DNA of 30,287 bases, from the NCBI GenBank assembly GCA_000182565.2, contig KQ257468.1, one strand, 5' to 3'. Shown here one piece after another: positions 1-10,083 of the stretch. The notes beneath the pieces were generated by a model. The model made no database searches and was not told the origin of the DNA. It was given only the letters and a program-made list of their open reading frames with translations. The DNA comes from Spizellomyces punctatus DAOM BR117. Taxonomy: Eukaryota. The position numbers and the translations under genes were made by a program. Numbering within the stretch: position 1 is the stretch's first letter; the number at the start of each line of letters is the position of its first letter.

Positions 1-332
1 GGAAGACCCTAGGGTTGTGTGGACGAATTATTTGTCAAGGATCAACCTGCATTCTTTCCTCGGCGTTGCTTCGAAACAACTACAGTAATCTTGTCTTCAA
101 CCCGTGCTTTCAGCTTTTCACTCTGGCATACATTGATATAGTGTTGCGGTGACCCGTTTACAATGGTTCCTGAGCATTGTAGTGTGAACACCCCTTGTGG
201 CAATTGTGCCTTAGCGGCTTCGGTTCCTTCAATGGCATCCTGTTTGAGCTTCTGGAGAAATTGACCATATGCCTTAGGATCCTTAGCATAGAGGTTGTCC
301 AGCTGTGACCATATTTGTTGAGCTACTTCCAT
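1..332 (-). CDS. PIH1 domain-containing protein, PIH1D2-like (5' part only; continues past the left edge)
   Basis: ATG at 332. QQIWSQLDNLYAKDPKAYGQFL...HYINVCQS resembles the PIH1D2 N-terminus (QFWNLLDDLAQSDPEGYEKFI...LFINLCQW). A donor CAG|GTTGAT at 47/46 removes the apparent stop at 42-44. Confidence 0.7.
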
Positions 333-737
333 GTTGGTTTTACAGCGTCCAAAAGCAGCTCCAGACGCGCTCAGCTCGTGTCTTGTGCCTTACATAAGCA
401 AAGCACGTCGTCTTTACGCTCGTTTACATCCGTCTTTTGGAAAACGCAACTCTCGTTCATGAAACTAGTCCGCAAAGGGCAGAGATACATGCAGGCCAAC
501 CCAATTTCGACATTGTAGCATCCTGCAAGTTCCAGTTTTCATTTCGCCTCGAGTTATATTTCAATTGAATGTACATCACTCAAAGTTGCGCAGTTGCCAT
601 TATATCCACCATTCGTTTTGGCCACATTACTATGTACATTGACTTTGATTCCCTCCGGTCCTTCCCTAGGAGTTGGTCTTCTTCAGATGAAACTACATAC
701 AAGCAAGAGTCCTCAACACCTTCGCTGATGCCGCTAC

Positions 738-941
738 CTAGCTAGCATTTTCACCACGTAACGCACGGCTTTCTCGTTTGAGTTCTTTTATGACAGCAGC
801 TAGAGCCTCAGGATTCACACCACTCTCGCAAAGGGATACACAGAGCGAAAGGGTTTCGCGATCGAGACTGGTGTTTAAGATACGCGATATTTCATGCAAT
901 ATGTCCATGGTTTCACGGGCTTCCTGAAGTTTAGAGTCCAT
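738..941 (-). CDS. MZT1: Mitotic-spindle organizing protein 1 (MOZART1, gamma-tubulin complex), 67 aa
   Basis: [57 protein letters not shown] is the MOZART1 signature. The start is most likely the ATG at 941, not 1070. Confidence 0.93.
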   Translation of the reverse strand: MDSKLQEARETMDILHEISRILNTSLDRETLSLCVSLCESGVNPEALAAVIKELKRESRALRGENAS

Positions 942-1433
942 GGTATGATCGGAATGAGTATCGCAAGCGTTGGAAGCCGTGGGTGCAAGAGTTTGTGTTG
1001 AGGAATCAAAAAGACTACGGGAGGAGAATCGCAAGAACCATGCGGATTCTGCACGCATGGAAATGAACATTCCTCGTGTTAGTAGGCACCAACTGAGACA
1101 TCATTCTTCAAGACTCCAATGACGTTTTCTTCTTACCCACAATAAACACAATTGCAGCGACGCTGTTGGTTGGAGATCTCTCTCGGACGCGCAGGGCGGA
1201 CAGCGCTGATAGCAACCAGCTTCGAATCAATGGGCTAAACCGATTCGAATGACAAATCACATTTGCGTAGTCTGAACACACAGGCTCCAATGTTCCCACT
1301 AGTGACAGATCGCCGTCAGAATTCCGCTTGGTAGAGTGTGAATGTGATTGGAAGCCAGTCCGCTTATTATTCTCCGTCTCCCATACACGATTCTCACCGT
1401 TTGCTAGAGTGCATAGACTGCGTGTTCTCGCAA

Positions 1434-4187
1434 ATGAGCTTCCAGGGAGGACGACGAGGGCAATCTTACGGTTCAGATCGTGGGCCTCGTGGGGGCTACG
1501 GCGACCTTGGAGGAGGAGGAGGTTACGATAGACGGGGAAGAGGACGTGGGAGAGGTTACGGTGGGCGAGGGACCTACCAAGGAACTGTAGAAGACAAGGA
1601 TGGAGATATCATGATGGGGGATTCGGCTGAGCAAGATCAACGTCGTTCGAGACAGTACGTACCCATCTGGCATGCTCTGGGGAATAATTTATTGTATGGC
1701 GAGCCAGCTGCCCCAAAGTTGAAAGTCTTATCAGACCTGGGGCACCTGGCACCTCGATTAGCGCTGTTCCCTGTTGTGATACCAGACCTTCCGTCTTTCA
1801 CATCTGCCTTTTTGGCCCTCGCGACGCTAACTGTTACTGTACGAAAATTAGGAGCCTTCCCTACAACCGGCCCCGTCCATCGTCTAGCGCATCACATAGT
1901 TTTAATGGGGATGTTGCACAAGTCCAAGTATGTACCGCAATCGTCACCGTTACTCAGTAAACCTCCTCACCGTCTGCGATTTGCGGTACTTATAGGTCAG
2001 CAATGTTCCGCCGGAAACTGGGGCTCCAGGACTCATGGCATGGTTATGTCGGCGAGCGGGTGGACCTGTGACCATTGTTCATGTACGACAGCGTGTGATT
2101 TTCAATCGTCTCGCATGTATCTCACATGTACAGTTCATCCTAGACTGAAGTCCAAAGGAATTCGATCGTATTCACGACTCAAAACGCCTTGCAAGCTCAA
2201 ACGTTAGCGAAACTCAGCGGCGTGAACTTCCTCCAACATAAGGTAAACTTGCAGGTTACAGCTCGATGTTGTACCGTAAGCCTGACTCTCGTGCTCTAGC
2301 TCATCATTACCCAAGGAGGAGGTGGTAGCATGCAATCTCACCCATCAAGAGGCGTACCAGGCGACACCTCCGGTCGGACAAATATCATTGACGCATTTCG
2401 GATGCTTATTCGATCTCGATATCGCCCTGAGAACAAATTTCTGGATTTGGAAAATATGGTATCGGACCCAATTATGCAAAATGCTGGAGTGCGTGGCTTT
2501 GAGGCGGAATCAAAAATGGGAGGAGTAATATGTAAAATGATCGGCGAATTGTGCCCTGATGTTTGTATCCCACAAAAAGGCAATTATTGACCACAGAACG
2601 CATGCTGACGATTCTTGCTGATGTAGGTATCAACCATATCGTTTGCTTCGAATCGCCTTACAACCCTTCAACACGTTTCGAACCTCCCCAAACATGTCCC
2701 CAACGTAACCGCCCTATCTTTCCAAGATAATCAACTGAGATCTTTCAGGGATCTCGAACCCCTGAAAGGAGCGGATCTTCCACATCTAAGAGAATTGCTG
2801 CTGATAGGCAACCCAGTGAGAGACAAGGAAGTCGCAAAGCCAGGCGGCGAGATTGTATATCGAAGGTGAGACCACCTACTTCGACTCTAGTGACCAGGAG
2901 ATTCATGGCTTTATTTGCAGCGATGTGAAGAAATTATTTCCTAGTATTGAACTCCTTGATATGGAGCCAGTGATAGGCGATATCACGTTCGCTGTCGATG
3001 CCATGTCTGTAGAGCTGCCATTAAGCGTCAAACCCGGCTTTATGGATTCCCCCGCAACCGCTGCGACGGCAACCGACTTTGTGCAAAAGTATGTGTTATT
3101 AATGATCAAGCACGTTAATCGTAGCATTGACCTGGTATCGTAGATTCTTGAGATCTTTCGACGGCAATCGAGAGACTCTTTTTGATGTCTACCATGATCA
3201 AGCATGTTTCTCCCTCATGGTGGATAACCGGAGTCGAGGCACCAGTAACAAACAACACTATTTCGATACATGGCGAAATTTCAATCGCAATCTGGACAAA
3301 GTAAAGGATGCAGGTCCGTGGAGTCACGCAGTCATTTTCGCCACACCAAAACTAATTGACAGGCTTGTCATATAGGACAGCGCATTAACACCGTGCATCG
3401 CGGCGCAACAGACATCATTGGAATTTTCAAACGACTTCCCAAGACACAGCATCCCATAGATCAACCAGAGGATCACAGAAAGCTCTTAATTGAGGCTTAC
3501 CAAACGGGCGGCGGTGCCGGGGCCATGCTGTTTGTGATGGTCCACGGAGAGTTCAAAGAGGGTGCGGTTTTTTTGGGACAATGAATAATGTACAACGGCT
3601 GACCTTCTCGCTTCTCACAGCTGATATCCGAACGTATCGAAGTTTTGACCGTACCTTCATCATCGTACCCGCAGTGCCAGGGAGCAGGTGACGTTACATT
3701 GCTGAGAACTGATTTTGGCACGGTGTGAATTGACATTGGTGTCAAATCCATAAGATCTGCAATGGCTGGACTACCGTATAGTGTTGTAAACGACCAACTC
3801 ACGGTGCGAGCATGGGCGAGTAATCGTGCGTGGGTGCAGCCGACCGACAAAGCGACATCAGGCGAAATTGCACAGACTCCCGCCGTAAACGGTTCAGTAC
3901 CGGCGCCGCAATTGCCTGATATTGCCACATTGAGAGCATTACAATTGCAGCATGGATTGGATGATGCCAGGCAGAATCTGGTGATTGAGTTTGCAAAAGC
4001 CACGGGCTTAAATTATAAGTTTAGTTTCCAATGCTTGTCCGAGACGGGATGGTCAATGCCGAATGCGATGGATGCATTTCAACGCGTCAAGGTAAGTGTG
4101 ACTCTTGTTGTGCCGTAGACATGGATGGCACTTAATGATGGTCTTTTGTAGCATAACATTCCGCCTGAAGCGTACAGATTGGTGTAA
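1434..4187 (+). CDS. MEX67: mRNA export factor Mex67/NXF1 (RGG N-terminus, PY-NLS-like, RRM-like, LRR, NTF2-like, TAP-C/UBA)
   Basis: Manual splice gives an uninterrupted frame. Exons: 1434-1654, 1852-1927, 1996-2082, 2144-2242, 2300-2560, 2627-2865, 2921-3088, 3144-3313, 3376-3561, 3621-3687, 3755-4091, 4152-4187. Motifs: FLDLENM, LSFQDNQL, ELLLIGNPV (LRR); RSFDRTFII and VVNDQLTVR (NTF2-like); FAKATGLNYKFSFQCLSETGW...IPPEAY (TAP-C). Confidence 0.93.
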
Positions 4188-4303
4188 AATGTAAAGAAAG
4201 CGGACACTTTAATTCGATGGGAAGAGAACGAGTTGAAGGGAGATCGTTTAGGTTGTGTATATATTCCCTCCCACCACCCAAGGCATTAGAAATACGATTC
4301 ATT

Positions 4304-5064
4304 TTATTCTAGCCCTTCTCCCTTCTTCCAAGCGTTAATAATCTCCTTTGGGATATCTGCCTTCTTCTGTCCCTTGTAGTCAAAACTAACAACCACACAC
4401 TCTCCTTCAGCAACTACTCTTTCTTGAGCATGCGAAACGATTACAGCTGACTGCGTAAACCGGTCCTTTTTGACGCTGGATGGGTCAATTCTTACTGCTA
4501 CTGTGACTGTATCTGGGTACATGACAGGGGCCCGATATTTGCAGAGCACAGATTTGGCGATTGGTCCTACTCCTCTGGCTGTGATGAATGATGTATACGC
4601 AGTCTCTGAGAGGTGCGGCTTGATGATTTGATCAAAATAAGCTATCCCTAAAGAAGGTATCGAAATATATTTACAAGGATTCAGGATTCCTTGCATACGA
4701 TGGGAGATACTCACGTCCTGATTCAAAGTATCGCACATAAGTTACGTTATTCAAGTGTCCATAAACCTAGATCATATCGCAAATATAAGAAAAAGGCTCT
4801 GTCGAAGCGAAACCACATCGACTTTTTGCTCACATCCTGTTCCCCCCATTGAACAGGCAAATTGATAATAGAAGGATAATCTTTCACCAACTCTGCAACG
4901 CCTGAAGGAAGTTGTGCACGAACTTCGGCGACCGCTGCAAGGCCACCAACCGGAACCCGGGAAAGAGGGTGACCTTTAGAAGACGTCGACTGGGTGCGGA
5001 GTCCCCTCAGTGTGTGATTGCCTGCTCGGCGGAGTGACATTGACAAGGGTATTGATCGAATCAT
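4304..5064 (-). CDS. Hotdog-fold acyl-CoA thioesterase (4HBT/YbgC-like) with probable mitochondrial presequence
   Basis: Exons 5064-4834, 4766-4715, 4647-4304 join to give VQWGEQD-VYGHLNNVTYVRYFESGR-IAYF, with later YRAPVMYPDTV. The N-terminus is Arg/Ser/Leu-rich and lacks acidic residues. Confidence 0.88.
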
Positions 5065-5200
5065 TGTTCAAGTTGTGTGCAGAGTGAAAGTTGAAACCCG
5101 TGGATTTTTGGATATCGCTTGGTTGTTGTTGTGTGTCATACCGTGGATCATCTTGTTGGACCAAGACCTTTGCGACGTTGGCATCGTACTTGCCACAAAC

Positions 5201-5997
5201 ATGGATGCATCACGAAATTTCCTCCAAAGCGACAGAGGTATGGACTGTCGAACCTAGTAGTCAACAACATCTGCTAATAGATCGGCGACAGCATCGGAGC
5301 ATGAACGTGCCCTTTCGCAATTGCAGCAGTTGGACCAAAGAAGTTCCTATGGTAATTGATTTTCACCAGCGTGGTCACCAACGCAATACTACCCCGCAGC
5401 TGACTTCCATCGGGCTGGATAGATAGAGACTCGTCTGAGCTTTTCAAAAGCTTGGACCAGCTGCGTCGCATGCAAATAGATCTAGCTTTGGAACATTTGG
5501 CCATGGAAAGCGTGCCCACTGAAGAATTGTACGTGACAGACATGTCTAGTACCACTTGGTTTCAATAAGCTTACTTCAGTCATATAGGTCGTTGCCAGAT
5601 TTGGAACAGGATAAGGATTCTGCACAACGCTATCAGAGGAATGCCGACAGATTTGCAAAAAGGGAGGCGGATGTCAACAATCTCATGCTCCGGGTAGGAG
5701 TGAACAATTACAGTTTCATCGACGTGCAAATATAAGCTCTAATATGGGCCGTTTCCATTTCAGCTGGAGGATTTGAGTCAAGCTATGTAAGTGATTCTCA
5801 AAAACTAGAGACCAAAAATGAAGAGATATTGAGGGTGGTGCTACAGGCGGGATTTTCACGACTCTATGGACGACGTTCGAACCAGATCAACGAACATTCA
5901 AAGGGAAGGGGCCTCTCCTAATCTTCCCCCGTCAGAAAAGCGCCCAAATCCAACAAAGCCAGTCAACGTATCCGAGAAATCACAGGAACCAAAATGA
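5201..5997 (+). CDS. Small coiled-coil protein, CCDC28-like (about 160 aa; not shown by the ORF track)
   Basis: Exons 5201-5237, 5292-5351, 5423-5528, 5588-5693, 5764-5786, 5847-5997 use GT..AG introns of 54-71 nt and keep one open frame: MDASRNFLQSDRASEHERALSQLQQLDQRSSYDRDSSELFKSLDQLRRMQIDLALEHLAME...VNNLMLRLEDLSQAMRDFH...QEPK*. The gene model is well supported; the family call is less certain. Confidence 0.72.
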
Positions 5998-6138
5998 CTA
6001 TGGACAAAGGAGATGTTGTCTTGGCACAGCGACCGAAAGATTATCGACAGCACGGATCCCATATCCAGCGATAGAAAGGCCCCGTTGGCCTTCCGCGCAG
6101 CGGCGTCATTTTGGACTTGTTGCCCTACGCGCTCGCTT

Positions 6139-8825
6139 CTAGTAATCGCCACCATCCAAGGCCGCTGTCCAATCGTACTTTTTCCATTTCTCCAGAAAGT
6201 ACTCCATGCGGGGCCCGTTATACTGCGGGTCGACTCGTCTCGGTCTTCTCCATCGGTCAGGACTGAGATCCAAAGGGCTCGCTATCACTTCCTGTGAACA
6301 AACCTGTCATTCATTAAGGCCAAACCAAGAGGTCAATAAAACAATACAAACCCTGCCAAAGTATTCACGCCACTTTTCTGAATCTTCAATAATGTGGCCA
6401 TATCCCCTATTCGGATCAAACCATACATGGAAGTATGGAAGGTGCTTCACCATGGATCCTCGGAATCCATTTTTGGATGTATCGATTATTTTGCGATGTT
6501 GCGACCATTCTCCTTCGGCTTCATTGATTGCCTCCTAATATCGACTTTAGTAACGAGAATGACAAACATGACCAGCTAAGAAGCACGCTCAGGTCCTCAC
6601 CTTAAAGTATCCGGGTGCATCTTCCCATACGTCCTTAGGTAGCGGTATGCATTCAATGATGACATGTTTATGCCATTTCAAGTTGATAACCTGTTCCATA
6701 AAAATCACGCCTTGATTATTCTCATCAAACATCGCCGTCAAGGCTTTCTGAAAGTTCTAAATCCCAATCGATTGCATCAGAAAGTGGCTAACTGTAAGGG
6801 AGCGAATACTGCGTAAATTACCCGGATTTCGGTCCAGGTATCGTCATCGCATTCCAAAGAACTTAACACATGATCCAACGGAACAATGATACAGTGACCT
6901 GGTACCATATCTACCACCTCTGGTAACGCAAGATATGCCTTCGCTCCCAATGCCACGATAGGAACTCTAGGTTTTTTGCCCTCCTGGAAACAGTACGAGC
7001 ATTTTGACACTGCTTTTTCGTGCTTTTGGTAATCTGCATAAGATATACCTTAGTATCTTCGGGCGAAAATAAGAGTTGACGCGAAATCTCACCATTAATG
7101 GCAATGTTGCGTTTACGATCATCTGACAGCTGCTTTCTCTTAGATAGGCGGTCTATATTATCATCCATGTAATCCAAATTGTTCGTAAAAGTGGAGTCGC
7201 GGGTGATTTGCTCAGCCATATGTGTGTCAAAGTCGTGAGCACCCGCCATTCGTTCTTGCAAAATCAGGTCTGAGAGTCCCTGCTTGTCGTCGTCTGCGGA
7301 GTATCGTACACGATTGCCTTGCTCGTCATGTGTATTTTGGTCAAACTAAATGAAACGAATGAGAAGGGTCTCGTGAAAAATCGATAAATTATCGCAAAGC
7401 TTGTGCGAACCTTTGAGGGCTGACGTCGCTGGGGACCTTGGGAGCGCGGCGCAGTTGAAGCTACTCCAATGTCCTGCAATCTCCCTCGACTGTCCACATT
7501 TGAGAGCAGTGCCTGTCCTTCGCTAATTGTCCCGCCACTTGCAGATCGTTTCTTTTGTCGGTTATACTCGGCTTCCAGCTGTACTGCGTCAGGGTGGCCC
7601 ATGAGCTTTGCCTTTAACACATTGGCATTGAGCTTATTGAGCTCATCATTCGATAATATCGGACCGTCATTTGATCTACTTTGGGCTGCCGGTAACAGGA
7701 CGTTAACAGATGGGATACGAGGAGCTGGTGAACGTGAAGGAGCGCTGGTTGCCGGCTTCGAACGTTTTAGAGCTCGCCCTTCTGAGTCAGATTCTTCTGC
7801 CGGGCGCTTGGTAGAAGAGATCTCGCCAGGTCGTTGGAAAGACGCGGTTTTTCGAAAAGTAGGACGGTATGGTATGTCTCGTCCGAATTCATCCTTCCGG
7901 TCCCCAGATCGTTGCCTCTCTAAGAAGTCATGCTCAGCTTGAGCTTCTTCATAGGCATCTAAGGACTGTATTATGGATTGACGCTAGGGTTTGCGGAAGA
8001 GCGAATGGCACACGATACATACCCCATATCGTTCAATTGCGACCTCCTCTACGCTTTTACCCTCTTGGTTTGCTATCTCTAGAACACGCTTAAGCTTCAT
8101 CATTCGCCAGTTTGCGCCGCTATCCCCAAACTCATAAGTTCTCGTGCCCACTGAGAGAGATCGTATATTTTAGGTTTGCAAAGCATTATCCGAGCAATTA
8201 TATGAGGCTTACCTGACTTTGTGGAGGAGGACTCATCAGTAGGTACTCCCGCTCCTCCATCTTTGAGATAAGGGTTGAGTTCCCTCTGAGACCTTATTTC
8301 CTACCGTATATCGAAATCAGCTTTCCGACAGATCAGTGTCTGATTCTTAGATTGCCTACTTGACGCCTTTTCTCTTCGTCTTCTCTCTTTATGTCTGCCT
8401 CTCTCTTTCGCGGCTCGCTCTTACCGCCCATCTGGGTAAAATCAAAACCTTCTCCGGGCGCCATCATCCAATCATCTCGCATGATCTCCTGCACCGGTTT
8501 TGGTGCTTCAGTTGATTCTTGCAAGGCGGGATTACTGATGATTGTCTCCTAGAATAGACATGTTTGTTACATATTGGCAGACAGCAGGCCACACCCCAAC
8601 TGCTTAAATTAAACAACAACATACCGGAGACTGCACAGCGGCAGGCTTCTCCACCCATTGTTCTATCTCATTACCATCAGAGTCAGACCCAGATCCCGGG
8701 GAAGGCGAGACAACCCGCTCGCTTTTGCCCTTTTTGCTCCGCTTCGAGCGATCTCCGCTTCTGTCTTTGCGATGTTTTTTCTTTTTCTTGTCTTTCTTCT
8801 CCTTATGCTCTTTCTGCTTTCCCAT
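6139..8825 (-). CDS. CWF19L2: CWF19-like protein 2 (CwfJ C-terminal domains; spliceosome-associated)
   Basis: Exons 8825-8625, 8548-8360, 8301-8213, 8150-8023, 7965-7411, 7345-7093, 7033-6822, 6756-6601, 6534-6352, 6291-6139. Motifs: RDDWM, RELNPYLKDGG, GDSGANWRMMKLKR, CSYCF, GHCIIVP, IECIPLP, EWSQHRKIIDT, LPYFHVWF, GYGHIIE, YDWT. Confidence 0.93.
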
Positions 8826-8891
8826 CTTCTTGAGGATAGAGATTCAAAGCAATTATGAACAGCTTAAGCACCAAAACTGGTTGGAGTCGGC

Positions 8892-8903
8892 TATCACGTG
8901 ATA
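8892..8903. promoter_or_regulatory. Palindromic E-box (TATCACGTGATA; bHLH/Cbf1-type site) in the CWF19L2/DPY30 divergent promoter
   Basis: Perfect 12-bp palindrome containing TCACGTGA in the roughly 225-bp gap between the two start codons. Function is inferred only. Confidence 0.4.
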
Positions 8904-9049
8904 CTTGACTGACATAATCTGGCGACCAGAGCGGGATCTGGCAATTCATCGCCCAAAACCGATTGAAAAGCGATCCTACTGTAAGCAAGTTGTTAGGATT
9001 AAAATCCCTGCGGACTATATCAATTTTCGACCAGATCTACAGGATATCC

Positions 9050-9603
9050 ATGGCTGAACGACCAGGTAAACATATTGTTGGGGATCGCAGGGGAACGCAC
9101 AACGGAAACTCATGAAGATCTTGCATCTGTAGAAACAGTCAAATCATCAATTGGTGAAATGCGCATGTCATGGGCATCCACCGCAACGGTAGATCCCGTA
9201 TCTGGCACAACGGTAGCAGATGGTGATCAAATCACAGGTGGACAGAATCCGCACGAAGCGTTCGGTCTCACAAAAGAACTGCTGGTACGTTCTCCAGCGA
9301 CTCAAAATACGATATTGACCGTTCATTTCGAACCATTTAGCATTTTAGGATGTAATTGAAGCAGGTAGACAGACCATTATGAGCAGAGAACAGGTGCAGA
9401 GCCTGCCTCTGCGATCTTACCTCGATCATACTATCGTCCCGGTGCTTATAGAGGGTCTAAAGGCGCTAGCCAAGGAACGGTGGGTATAACCAACTTGTTA
9501 CTGTCGATCAATTTTCACATTCTCATTCTGCAATGTACTCCCCAGTCCACCCAATCCGTGTGAATACCTGGCGGTCTATCTGTTGAAAAACGGCGATAAA
9601 TAG
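9050..9603 (+). CDS. DPY30: Dpy-30 motif protein (COMPASS subunit DPY30/Sdc1-like)
   Basis: Exons 9050-9065, 9133-9284, 9349-9479, 9546-9603. The C-terminus [44 protein letters not shown] is a clear Dpy-30 motif. The first acceptor is ambiguous: 9090, 9132 and 9138 are all in frame. Confidence 0.9.
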
Positions 9604-10083
9604 GACTAATGTATAGTAATATGGGCGAGTTGTGTTTCATGCAAACTAGGAATTTCGCAGCGACACGCTGGCATTGAATATATATTTGAGACAGCGGTTA
9701 GAACCAATGTTTACTCGGCCCCTCAAACTTCACACCAGATTGAACTGGCTCACAAACGTTCAATTCTTCTCCAATATTCAATTGCTTCTTTGCCTGCACC
9801 CCTTAAGCGTCCCTACGCCGATATACTTCTGCAACCTTATGTTTCCGGACTTTTGCATGCTTGTGATGTCACTACCGTTCGGCGACAGTGGAGACGGTAA
9901 TCGTGGCGGTAAGGGTTGACAAATCACAGGTAAAGCATTGGGTTGGCGAAATTGACACCCCGAAAACCCGAAGCAGATAGGAAGGATTTCGCGCAGGCTT
10001 CCGCGGACCAAGAAACCAGCTGCAGCATTACCACCCATCAATGGAGGACGGGGAGTTTCGAAATGTCCGTAGATGCTTCAGAA

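Noticed and set aside
1338..2207. 289-aa ORF as an independent protein
   Set aside because: It is MEX67 exon 1 reading through introns. The spliced frame gives the recognisable domains.
5255..5260. TAG TAG in frame with the CCDC28-like start, suggesting readthrough or codon reassignment
   Set aside because: Both stops are removed by a 54-nt GT-AG intron (5238-5291), and TAG serves as a normal stop in several other genes here.
9066..9090. Possible 25-nt ultra-short intron in DPY30
   Set aside because: An in-frame acceptor at 9132 gives a typical 67-nt intron.
9868..9907. Hairpin (GTCAC-TACCGT/ACGGTA-GTGGC) between the DPY30 and UPF1 3' ends
   Set aside because: It is short and imperfect, has no family motif, and cannot be distinguished from chance.
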